The notes under the pieces are model-generated. The model was not told the origin of the DNA, ran no database searches, and saw only the letters and a program-made list of their open reading frames with translations. Source: Pseudogymnoascus verrucosus (taxonomy: Eukaryota). From it: 64,000 nucleotides of DNA. This document shows positions 48,407 to 61,357 of this stretch, piece by piece. The first letter of the stretch is position 1. Each line of letters opens with the position of its first letter. Made by a program: the position numbers and the translations under genes. Location: NCBI GenBank assembly GCA_001662655.1, contig KV460227.1; one strand, given 5' to 3'.

Positions 48407-51088
48407 CTAATCCCAATCACTATCATCATCCTCTCCATCCTCCTCATCATCCCCCTCCTCCCCCTCACTCTCACTCTCACTCTCCCCCCCCCTCTTCCTC
48501 CTCCACCCACTCGGTCCCACCGCCCCCGCATCACGTAAATCATTAAACAGACTCGCCTCCGCCATATCCTCATCCTCCGTCTCCCAGGCCGTTTCGTCAT
48601 CGATCTCGATTCCGCGCCACTCATCCACGGCGTCTTCGAGATCGGTTGAGTAGTCTGTGGTGTCGGATTCAACCTCGGGCAGCTCTCTGCCTTTTCCTTT
48701 TCCTTTGTCTAGTCTGGGTCGCTGGTTTTCTTTATCGTCTTCATCGCCTTCTTCTCCCATCTCCGTATCCCCGCCCCCAAATCCATGCTCCGCGCGTTCT
48801 TTCCTCAACCTCGCTCTCTCGGCCTTTCTCTCCGCGCTCTCCTTCTTCCGTTCTGCTCTAAGCCTCGCTCCAATCGCTCTCTCCTCGTCCTCGGAGTCGC
48901 TCATATACATTTCCTCATCACTCGGTTTGATATCCCTCCCCGTAACTGGGTCCACATGGCCCCATAACATCATGTAAAGGAGATGATCATCCAGCCTCAA
49001 CCTTCTCCTCACCGACTCCCTCATCACCAATTCATCGATACGAAACAGATGGATCTTCCCCTCTCCCCAGCCCTCAAGATGCAATTTCCCGATCTCCGCG
49101 GGAGAGACTCCGAAGATAGACATCCCCGAGTTCTCAGGCTTGACTTCATAGCAGTATCGTACTGCGGCGCGCAATACCTCAACTGCATTCGTAAACCCCT
49201 TTCGCATCAATAATCTCCATAATGGAGAAAGTCCGCGCTGTCCCAACATAACCCTCACAAGCCCATCATCCCCAACCCCCGTCATAGGCTCATTAAGCCT
49301 CATCCCCAGCTTCAGCACCCACGCTTGCGCATTCCAACAATCCACATCAGTCCACCACGTCTCATTATGGACTAAACAAATCCGCCCCGCCGTCGTGGCA
49401 ACATCCATCACCACCCACGTCTTCAACAGCGTCTCCCTCGTTGACTTCGGTAATCGATGTCCCTCCCTAGCTAAGCAGGCGAGGATATCCCTAACGCACC
49501 TCTCTCGGTGGACTACCATTGCCAGCCAGCGGAAACTGGGAACCTGACGAACTAACGCCCAGTTGGTGGGCTCGCGGCGACCGAGGGGGTCGGGGATGCA
49601 GAGCGTGGAGTACATACCGTGTCTGCAGATGCGGGAGGCGAGGGGGGCGAAGGCGCGCGCGCAGGTCTTGAGGGCGTGCGTGAGGTGCGTGTTGAGGGTT
49701 GTGTGGAAGAGGCGGGAGGTGGAGTAGAGGGTTAGGAGGGAGGAGGGGGGGAGGTGGGCGCAGAGCTCGAAGTAGAGTTCGGGGTGGGAGGCGAGGACTT
49801 CGAAGGGGGAGTGGGTGGAGGGGGTGAGGCGGGGTTTCTTGGTGAGGAGGGGGGAGGTTGGTGTTGCTGTTGCTGTTGCTGTTTGTTCGAAGGAGGGTGT
49901 GGGCGAGGGGGAGCGCGCGCGCTTGAGACTTTGGGTTAGTTGGGAGGTGGTGGGGAGGATGCCGAGGGGTGTGAGGGGGTTGGTTGTTATACTTGTGAAG
50001 GAGGGGACAGTGGCGGGGGCTGGGAAAGCAGTGCTTGTTGAGGGCCCGGCGAAGGCGGCGGCGCGGGGGTCGGCAGGGTCTTGGTAGCCCGTTGGATCGT
50101 CCTCCCAGTCTGAGTCCTCGTCGTCGTCGCCGTTGGCGTTTGGGATTTCTTCCATCTCGGGGAAGTCGTCGTCGTCGTCGGTATCGGGCATGGCGGCGTC
50201 GCGCGCGCGGTTGGAGTTCATGAGGGCTTTTATGGCGGCGTTTTTGGGGAGCTTGGGAGGAGGTACGGGATTGTCGTTCTCGTCGACGTAGTCGTATTCG
50301 AAGTCTGAGTCTTCGCTGTAGTCCTCGTCTGAGTTGCCGAAGTCGAGGCCCTCGGCGGAGGGATCCATGTCCATGTCCATGTCTTCATCTTCGCTCTCAT
50401 CATCAGGCTGCGCGGAGACGCCTTGGATGTTGAGCCCGCCGAACCCTTCGACTGGGTTAGGGGGGTTTTGGGGACCCTGCGGCGGGGGGTTCGGGGTTCC
50501 AATGACCAAATGTGGTAGAGCCCAGTGGTTCACATGGGCAAATTCGCCTACGGAAGGGGGTTGAGGGTTCTGGGCCAGGTTGTTCGCTGGAAGGGCGTTG
50601 ACGACGGGTATGGGTGGTGGAGGAGGTGGGCCGAAGAAGACTGGAGCTGGGAAGGTGGGTGGTGATTCAAATTCCGGAGATTCTTCATATTCGTATGAAG
50701 GCGAGATAGATATGTTCTCGCTCTCCAAGGTTGGACCAGCTTGCCCAAAGGGGGTTTGAGAAGGACCTGGAGTCGAAGCAAAGGTGGCTGATGCTGGTAT
50801 GGAGGGTGTCTCTAGGTATGAGGGGGGAGCAGGTATGTTCCCGCCCTGGAAATCTTGGCTATATTGCCCGAAAATAGATGGAGCTGTGGCTGCATGGTTG
50901 TTATGAAAGACGTGGCTCGGTGGAGGAGATGGTCCAAAGAAGACGGGGCCAGGAGCTGTATTGTGGTTCAGATTTGTGTTTGAATTTGTATTCGTGAATC
51001 CTTGATTAGTTGAGGACGGACTGTCTGTATCTTCAATAGGATCAGTGAAGCCGAAGAAGTCTGTATTGTTGTTCTCGTTCGAAGACAT
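48407..51088 (-). CDS. Hypothetical protein, 893 aa: Pro/acidic disordered N-half, F-box-like segment and a globular C-domain
   Basis: Long uninterrupted ORF; HPELYFELCAHLPPSSLLTLYSTSRLFH is F-box-like; acidic tail. Confidence 0.8.
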   Translation of the reverse strand: MSSNENNNTDFFGFTDPIEDTDSPSSTNQGFTNTNSNTNLNHNTAPGPVFFGPSPPPSHVFHNNHAATAPSIFGQYSQDFQGGNIPAPPSYLETPSIPASATFASTPGPSQTPFGQAGPTLESENISISPSYEYEESPEFESPPTFPAPVFFGPPPPPPIPVVNALPANNLAQNPQPPSVGEFAHVNHWALPHLVIGTPNPPPQGPQNPPNPVEGFGGLNIQGVSAQPDDESEDEDMDMDMDPSAEGLDFGNSDEDYSEDSDFEYDYVDENDNPVPPPKLPKNAAIKALMNSNRARDAAMPDTDDDDDFPEMEEIPNANGDDDEDSDWEDDPTGYQDPADPRAAAFAGPSTSTAFPAPATVPSFTSITTNPLTPLGILPTTSQLTQSLKRARSPSPTPSFEQTATATATPTSPLLTKKPRLTPSTHSPFEVLASHPELYFELCAHLPPSSLLTLYSTSRLFHTTLNTHLTHALKTCARAFAPLASRICRHGMYSTLCIPDPLGRREPTNWALVRQVPSFRWLAMVVHRERCVRDILACLAREGHRLPKSTRETLLKTWVVMDVATTAGRICLVHNETWWTDVDCWNAQAWVLKLGMRLNEPMTGVGDDGLVRVMLGQRGLSPLWRLLMRKGFTNAVEVLRAAVRYCYEVKPENSGMSIFGVSPAEIGKLHLEGWGEGKIHLFRIDELVMRESVRRRLRLDDHLLYMMLWGHVDPVTGRDIKPSDEEMYMSDSEDEERAIGARLRAERKKESAERKAERARLRKERAEHGFGGGDTEMGEEGDEDDKENQRPRLDKGKGKGRELPEVESDTTDYSTDLEDAVDEWRGIEIDDETAWETEDEDMAEASLFNDLRDAGAVGPSGWRRKRGGESESESEGEEGDDEEDGEDDDSDWD

Positions 51089-51871
51089 CGTAGGTGTTCT
51101 GTAAATCTCTCTCCTCTTGAAATATAATAGTCCAAGTGTAGTATCCTTCAGATCGAGATCTGTAAACTAGTGTGCTTGTGAAAGCAAGGAAGCAAGTTGT
51201 GTTGTGTGGATATCAAGTAGTTTGACGAAGGTGAAATTATAGAAATACCTTATATTGCCAAACACAACAGTGAATTGGCCAACTTGGGAAAATCCTTTCA
51301 TAGAACAGTAGTAACATAAGCTACCTTCCCTCTTCCTCTTTATCTACCTTTCGTATCCCCTATCTTATAATTTCAAGACTCGCACTGCCCTTTCACAACT
51401 CATCCATATGACACCATCCATCAATTATTCAACAACTCATCACAAGGCATACATTCGTCGGTTATTTAACAACACCATGGGCAAATATTTGATGCAGCTG
51501 TGGAGGTGACCACTGTAGGTCTCCACGTTTTCGTCGTAACTGGGATATTTATTGGCCGCTGGAACACAGACACCTAGTCATTCATAAAAGGGAAAACACC
51601 TCACTGGAGATCAATAGAAATCACAATCACAAGATCGCAAGAACAGAATAATGAAAGTGCCGTAGCAGCAGCATAGACTTCCGTCGAAAGTAAACCAGCA
51701 CAAAACCTCATTGTGCATCGCACGTATCTGTATACGCTAGTCCAGTGGCATGCTATGCAAATAAACTCCTTAAACTCATTTTGTCCCGTGATATTCACTT
51801 GGATATCTCCCATTGGTGACTGTCATCTCCATACATTCATACATAATTCTTTCTCCTTTAGTGGCTCGCAC

Positions 51872-53563
<1,692 letters not shown>

Positions 53564-54139
53564 GATTATCGCACTCTGCGATTGAGGTTAAAAGGAATAA
53601 AATAACCGCAATGAAGAGTGAAGTGTGGTAAGGGTATGGCAGTCCCCAGTATCACAGAGGGGTAGTTGCAATGGATTCTTTGTTACAAAGAGCTTCGGTG
53701 GAGGTTGACGCGATTTTGGGGTGAAGCGCGTCTAAAGTGGCCCATGCTGTGCGGTCGCAGGCGCGGGTTTGGGTAGTGGCAACCTTAAAGTCCCTCCAAG
53801 GATTATCAGCCTATCGCGAGGCTAACCTGAAGGGGGGCTCAGCCTGACGAACTCAAACGTCAAGACCCAGAGTCACAACGATCAATGCCAGAGTCACAGG
53901 CTTCCTCCAGACAACCTCTTACTTGTCATATCTTCACATACGCAGTCATTATATTCGACTTTTCGGTTTCTCTAGGAGTTGCAGGCTTTTGATCGTTTTA
54001 TATAACAGTCCTTACATCTGTTATCGCCTCTTTTAGCGCAGTCTACGCTCAAATTCGATTTCAGATCACAACCACTACACGCCTCGCCAGGTCGATATAA
54101 CTGCAGCACTTATAGAAGGGCTATACAGCGACCGCTGCG

Positions 54140-57100
54140 ATGGGTGTTCCAAAGTTCTTCCGCTGGATGAGCGAGAGGTACCCAGCTATCTCTCAGCTCA
54201 TCGCGGAAAACCGCATTCCAGAATTCGATAATCTCTATGTATGAACCTTGCCTGCCGCGCGCAGGACTACAATGCCATGTTTGTGTCATATACTAATGCT
54301 CTATTAGCTGGATATGAACGGTATTATCCATAATTGCACCCACAAGGACTCCGACGATGCGACATTCCGTATGACAGAGGAGCAGATGTTCATTGCGATA
54401 TTTAACTACATCGAGCATCTTTTTGGGAAGATCAAGCCGCACAAGCTCTTCTTCATGGCCATTGATGGGGTTGCTCCCAGAGCCAAGATGAACCAGCAGC
54501 GCGCACGACGATTCCGCACAGCTCTCGATGTTGAAAATGCTCGAGAAAAGGCGATTCGTGAGGGGAAGGAGATGCCAAAAGAGGAGGCATTCGACAGCAA
54601 CTGCATTACGCCAGGGACAGCGTTCATGGCGAAGCTGTCGGAGCAGCTGAAATACTTCATCAACAAGAAGGTGTCGGAAGATACCGACTGGCAGGGTGTA
54701 GAGATTGTTCTCTCTGGCCATGAAGTTCCGGGAGAGGGAGAGCACAAGATTATGGAGTACATCCGCCTGTCGAAAGCACAACCGGATTACGACCATAATG
54801 TCCGTCATTGCCTGTACGGTTTAGACGCAGATCTTATTATGCTGGGTCTGTTAAGTCACGATCCTCATTTCTGTCTTCTTCGAGAAGAAGTTACTTTTGG
54901 GCGACAGAGCAAGGCGAAGTCGAAGGAGCTAGAGCACCAAAATTTCTACCTTATGCACTTATGCATTGTACGAGAATACTTGGAGATCGAGTTCCAGGAA
55001 TTAAAAGAGCCTGGCATTATGGGTTTCGAGTTCGACTTGGAACGGGTCATTGACGACTTTATTTTGATGGCGTTCTTCGTTGGAAACGATTTCTTGCCCA
55101 ATTTACCCAATCTTCATATTAACGAAGGAGCGTTGGCGCTGATGTTCAAGATCTACAAGTCTGTTTTACCAAAGGCAGGCGGATACCTTAATGAGGGCGG
55201 AGTTATCAACATGCCGCGGTTAGCGATTTTACTGGAAGAGCTCTCTCATGTGGAGTACCGTTTCTTCGAGTCTGAGAACTCGGATGCGAAATGGTTCAAG
55301 GGCAAGCAAATGGCAAAGGTGGATGTCATGGAGAAGGGCAGCAAGCGCAAGGGCAAGGTGGTGATGACGTCGGCGCAAAAGGATGTCTGGAAATTGGTTA
55401 AGATCTTTGTCAATAACCGATCGCCAGAGCCACTTGACCTGCCTTCTAGCCTTCCCGCCAAGGACAGGAAGTTTGTTGAGGATCTGGCAGATAGCCTTCA
55501 CTTAGATTGGAAGACAGTCGAGGATGAGAATGGCGATCGCCACCTACAAATTTCCTTCCCTGCGAAGTTGGAGCAAGATGATGACGAGGAGGAAGAGCAG
55601 GATGAAGAGTCCCAGCTTGCAATCCTACGGGTTGTCAAGCAGTACGATAACGCAAATATCGTTGACGTGAGCGCCGAAAAGGCACAGGCTGAGATGGATA
55701 AGAAGTACGAGGAGAAGTTCCAGGAGTGGAAAGATAAGTACTACGACGGGAAATTCGAATGGAAACGCGATGACGAGACGGAACTGACAAAGCTCGCCGA
55801 GAACTACGTCCAGGGGCTGCAGTGGGTTCTGTATTACTACTACCAGGGCGTCGTATCATGGCCTTGGTATTACGCTTACCATTATTCGCCAATGATTTCA
55901 GGTATGTCGTTTTCCATGCCTCAAATATCTGCAATGCTAACCAGCTTTTAGATGTTGTCAAGGGTCTGAAGGCGGATATCAACTTCAAGCTTGGCCAACC
56001 GTTCCACCCATACGAACAGTTGATGGGAGTCCTGCCTGACCGCAGTAAGAAGATTGTACCAACAGTGTACCATGAGTTGATGACGGATCCGAAGTCGCCC
56101 ATTATTGATTTCTACCCTCGAGATTTCGAGCTAGATATGAACGGCAAGAAGATGGAATGGGAGGCGGTTGTAAAGATTCCTTTCATCGATGAGAAGCGAC
56201 TACTATCGGCTATGGCGCCGAAAAACGAGCTTCTAAGCGATGATGAGAAGGCTCGTAATGAGTTTGGCGTTTCATTGAAGTTTACGTACGCTCCAGATTT
56301 GGATTTCACTTATCCATCGTCCTTGGTGGGAATCTTCCCAGATATCCCGCATTGCCACTGCGTTGAAAACATTTTTGATCTACCCACAATTGAGGGGTTA
56401 GAATACTTTGTTGGTCTCATGGGAGACGTTAAACTTGGGGAGGATGCCTTGGCAGGCTTCCCTAGTTTGGCTACGTTGCCGTACAATGCTGCCCTGGGCT
56501 TCCACGGAGTGAACGTCTTCCAACAAGACAGCCGCAACGAGAGCTCAATTGTCACATTGACGGATACTGAGGCGAGGACAAAGGTCGAGAACGCCAAGGC
56601 AAGGCTTGGTCAAAAGGTGCATGTTGGATACCCATTCCTTCAAGAGGCCAAGGTCATCCGTGTTTCCGATGAGCTGTTTAATTACACTCTCCCAACAGAT
56701 GGCTCGGCTCATGTTGTTGCTACGCCTCACGGCCCTCGCGAAATCGAGGACTTCCGCAGGAAGGCGGAGAGAATCGAGAATGTATATAGCAAACGTCTCG
56801 GTATCATCATCGGGCCAGTTGAGTCTCTGACTCACGTCGACATGTTGAAGGGCATGAAGAAGACCGATGCCGGCGCTACGGTCAAAGAATACGCCTATAT
56901 CGCCGGAGTTGAGACTGACTATGCCTCACAAGTCGTGGTCGATGAAGTGGCCAGCGAGGATCAGCGCTTTATTGAGAAGGCAGCCTTACCCATCGAGGAA
57001 GAATTTCCTATTGGGTCTAGAGCCTTCTTCCTTGGAGAGTTCAACTACGGGCGCCCACTCGAGATCATTAAGCACAACGAAAACAAGGCCGAGATCTGGC

Positions 57101-58422
57101 TGTCGACTGTCCAAGGTCGTGAGCCAGAGGTTGGCCGTGAGGTCGTTGCCAGGTCTGAGAGGACGACGCCGTACATGCCGTCATATGCTGTGGCGAAGCG
57201 CTTACAACTTCACCCGCTGGTTCTTAGCAAATTGACCTCTTCTTTCACAGTCAATGTGAATGGATTGAGAGTCAACCTAGGCCTTAACCTGAAATTCGAG
57301 GGCAAGAAGCTCAAGGTTCTGGGCTATTCCCGTCGTGGAGAAACTGGTTGGGAGTTCAGCGACAAAGCTGTTGATCTAATTTCGCAGTATATGATCAGGT
57401 TCCCGGAGTTCATTGCTGGCATCCAACGCAAGCCTCAAGGCAATGAGTACGACGCCGCGGATTTCTACACCGCTGATTCTGCTAAGGCGAAGTTTGCTGA
57501 GATTACCGCTTGGCTGAAGACAATTGAGTCGAAGAACTTTGATAAGGTTCCTATCGATGCTCAACAACTCGACTCTGACACTGTCAAGGCAATCGAGGCT
57601 TCAGTCGATGCCATGATTCAGAGCAATCCAGGACCGGTTGGCAAGAAACTAAAGGGCGTTCCGCGGAACGCGCTCATGAGGCCAGCTGACGCAGAGCACC
57701 GCCTTGGCAACCAAAAGTTCGGCCTTGGTGACCGCATCGTCTATGTCCAAGACTCCGGACGTGTCCCAATCGCCACTCGCGGAACCGTGGTGGGCATCAG
57801 CCGCACCGCGCGCACAACTCTCGTCGACATTGTTTTCGACCACACTTTCATCAGTGGAACGACCCTCGATGGTCGCTGCGACCCATTCCGTGGTTCTACC
57901 GTCCCCATCACCTCAGTGCTGAACTTGTCGCACAAGCAAGTCATCGCTGGCTCTAAGGCAGCAGTCGAGAAGCGTCCCGCTCCTATCTCGCAGCCACTGA
58001 CCGCCAATGGCGGATACGGAGCGCCAACCGGGCCCGGTGGCCGTGGACAGTATCGCGAGGCCGGCGCCCCGCCACCTCTTCGCGGCTCATACCGTGGTGC
58101 TGCGGCGGGCCAGGGCAACAACTTCGGTCGCGGACGAGGCCGTGGTGGACTAGGATTCGACAATGCCCCTGCTACACACTCTGGCATGGCTATTCGCGGA
58201 CCTAACGGTGCTGGGGTCCAGACCAATGGGCAAAACTTTGCGCCGAGAGGCCGAGGTGGTTTGGATGGTGCGAGGGGAGGTAGAGGGGGAGCGCCGCAGT
58301 CGTATAACTCTATGCCACCCCCGGCTAGCCTGGACTCTGCTGCCCGTGGCAGGGGACGCGGAGGAAGAGGACGAGGAGGTAACAGAGGACGCGGAGGCCC
58401 TGCTCCGACGCCGACGCAGTAA
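54140..58422 (+). CDS. XRN1: 5'-3' exoribonuclease 1; introns 54239-54307, 55902-55951
   Basis: MGVPKFFRWMSERYP; DNLYLDMNGIIH; AIDGVAPRAKMNQQRARRF; PGEGEHKIM; YGLDADL; GNDFLP; Xrn1-specific C-terminal domains; RGG tail. Confidence 0.97.
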
Positions 58423-58782
58423 AAAAGCATTGTAGGCATTTGAGATGCTGGGTTATAGGGGGGTTTGTTTGTATAGGCTTGACGATGGTATGAGCACTTC
58501 ACGATGTCGGATGAGTACCACGAAAAGCATCTAGTGTAGCATAGCCGGAGGAGGCAGTCGTTGGTTTTTGATGTTTTTAAAAAGGAGTATAAACGCAATA
58601 AAAAAAAGAAAACTGTTTTATAACAAATATGTAACTATAATGCCCGCATAGCGCCGTCGATTTGAGTTCTATAAATTGCAGCCCCCTCTCCGAATGAGCT
58701 GAGCTGCCTTCTAATCTACTCTCCTTCGCCCTTCTTCGTCGCAATAGTCGAGAACTCCAACAAAATAATTCTAGAAACCGCC

Positions 58783-59322
58783 TTATAGCTCCTTTGTCAT
58801 GATATCATCCGTCTGCACAATCTCCCCAATAGTAAAGTCATGGTGGCCCACCCTCCTATACCCCAACTTCTCATACATCCCCTGAGCGTTGTTGTTCTCC
58901 TCCCAAACTCCAAGCCAAATATGCTTAAACCCCTCACCCCTCGCAATTTCTTCTAGCTTATTGGCAAGCAACCTCCCGACTCCCTTCCCATGGTGATTGG
59001 GATCCACATATATCCTTTGGAGCTCTACCGTGCTCTCGAGGTGGGAAAGACATGGTTCTGTGCTGCCACGGGTTAAGAGGGCGAAACCGAGAATGGCGCC
59101 GTCTTGATTTGATGCAACGACCATGTCCTTCATGGGGTCTTTGAGGTCCTTTTCAGTTGCTGATATGCTGTAGGAATCTTCTAGGAAGGATTGAAGCTCT
59201 TTTGCTGGAACGGAGTGGCCGAAGGTAACAGTGAAGATATGTGCTCCGAGTTTGGAGACTGTAGCAACATCTTCAGGAGTTGCCTTGCGGATATGGATTG
59301 ATCGCTGAGCACCGGCTGCCAT
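58783..59322 (-). CDS. GNAT family N-acetyltransferase (PaiA/SSAT-like), ~179 aa, intronless
   Basis: IRKATPED; ELQRIYVDPNHHGKGVGRLL; WLGVWEENNNAQGMYEKLGY. Confidence 0.9.
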   Translation of the reverse strand: MAAGAQRSIHIRKATPEDVATVSKLGAHIFTVTFGHSVPAKELQSFLEDSYSISATEKDLKDPMKDMVVASNQDGAILGFALLTRGSTEPCLSHLESTVELQRIYVDPNHHGKGVGRLLANKLEEIARGEGFKHIWLGVWEENNNAQGMYEKLGYRRVGHHDFTIGEIVQTDDIMTKEL

Positions 59323-60149
59323 GTTTGAAATTGGTGTGCAGGTGATATTTAACGCGTCGTTTGGGAGTAAATGAATGTGTTGGGAAAAAATGGAAAGTGA
59401 TAACAATATAAGATGTTATATATACTTGGGACTCAAAACCTTACCTACCCACACCCGTCCCACAAGGAAAGGATTTATTTTGTTCTATGGGTTCGCCACT
59501 ATTGTACGCCCTGTACTCTATCTAACCCCAGGAACTAGCTTCATTATATAAAGCTTTTATGGGTCATAGAAAGGATTGGACACATTTTACTTTGCTTCTT
59601 CTGACAGGGGTATAGATCCTTCTCGAACCTCTAATATCACTACAAATATGATAAAATTGCAAATACAAGGACCTATAACTGCATATGAAATCCTTGTAGA
59701 ATCTGTCACAAACAGGATAATGACGTGTTTGGTCAGCGTTGGCATACGTAGCGACTAAGCGAACGCTACAGTCCGTCTGTCCGTCTCCGAACGACACCGT
59801 GATCAATTCATGAACAACAATCAACATAGTCTGACTATGATGACTGAGATGCTAACATCTGAATGAGCTGGCTTTACACATTATAATCCCTTTATCGGAA
59901 GAGGAAGAATCACCAATAATGAATAAGCTGTCGCTTCACTGCTGGGCTGTGACGATGGAGGTGTTAGGTTCGGATCTGCGTCGGTGTCGGTGAAGGAGGA
60001 CACAACGACCTCTGAATGAGGAATGCGACAAACAAATGCAGATATGATTTGGTTTATATGCCATTGACCTCAGAACAATTGAGCCTTACCTACCCACCTT
60101 AAACACGAACTTCCCTGGACTGGGACGAACACAGCCAGCGATCTCACCC

Positions 60150-60955
60150 ATCAATCCCGCCGTCAATCCGATCCGTCGCAACTTACCCTCGGCACTCCGG
60201 ATATTCACAACAGCAATAATGCTCGCATACCATGGCGCCCAAAGAGGTTTATTGAGAGGGCACGTCAAGGTTGAGAGGTGGTTGAATGGCAAGGCGGCCA
60301 AGTTGTTGATTTGATGGCCTGTGGTTGGCATCTGTCGGATGGGTTCATAGTCACTAACCACACTGCGTCTGATGGCCGTCTCCAGCTTCACATGGAACAT
60401 CGGCTGGAGGGTATGACGGTCTTATATGGAAGGCTACCGGGGGAATTGCATGCTGGGGGCGCTTCTTGGTTGGATTGGGGTCCCTTTATCTCGATCTAAC
60501 TGTTCATATCCTGCGACTTGAGCGACCGCCCATTTGACCCCGAGTTCCCGCCGCTCCCACGATCCCAAGTTGTACATTATTTGCAGCTCAGTGGTAATAA
60601 TTACCATCGCGGCAGTCGGACCAGCCGGTCGCTGAATGAGCACCCACTGTCTGACAGTTTTGGAGTCGTGCCATCGTCTCGGCGGAGTCTCTGCATCTAT
60701 CACGCCATATTGTCGCTGCCACGAGAATTGATGTACCTCTTTGAGGCAGCGTCTGCTACGGAGAATCCAGGCATGGCAAGATACCGTGCAGTGTTGGACA
60801 TTCAGGAATCGCCTTGGACAAACGCGACAGCTACACAGCTACAGCTTCTCACCAATGCCAAGTCGTCCACGGTGGTTTTAGAACTGCTCAACGACTCCAG
60901 TGGCGTTTTTGGGGGAATAGTTGAGCCCGTGGATTCACAGATCACGTCTGCATGA
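60150..60955 (+). pseudogene. Possible decayed gene fragment (trypsin-like peptidase-like motif)
   Basis: Broken short ORFs in several frames; GWHLSDGFIVTNH resembles the catalytic-His region of trypsin-like domains; no intact GxSG motif found. Confidence 0.2.
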
Positions 60956-61357
60956 CTTGGAGATTGACGGCCGTAAATTTGTAGATTAGTTAAATGCTTC
61001 GTGACTTGTACTACTCATCCCGACGGATTGGGGCTGAGGATTAAGGCTCTCTCTGGCCTGCAGCATCGCTAAAGCAGCAACTATCGACCGGAATTTTGGT
61101 GCTGGACACATCAACAATTCGCAAGCTTACACAACTTTTCGACAACTGGACTAACAGTAAGTCTGACTCGCTGGAGGATTCATTCTCGACAACATATCAA
61201 CATTTCTCTATTTTGTTTCGCTGGGGGGAACTTCAACTTTCAAAGTTGTCATCTCGACACTTATCGCACGCCGAAGCAGCCGCCAGGGCGAATCCAACAG
61301 AACTCGGCTAACGCAGAGCCGCGCCGCCGCGCCCGATCTTAGGTAAAACTCATTGAC

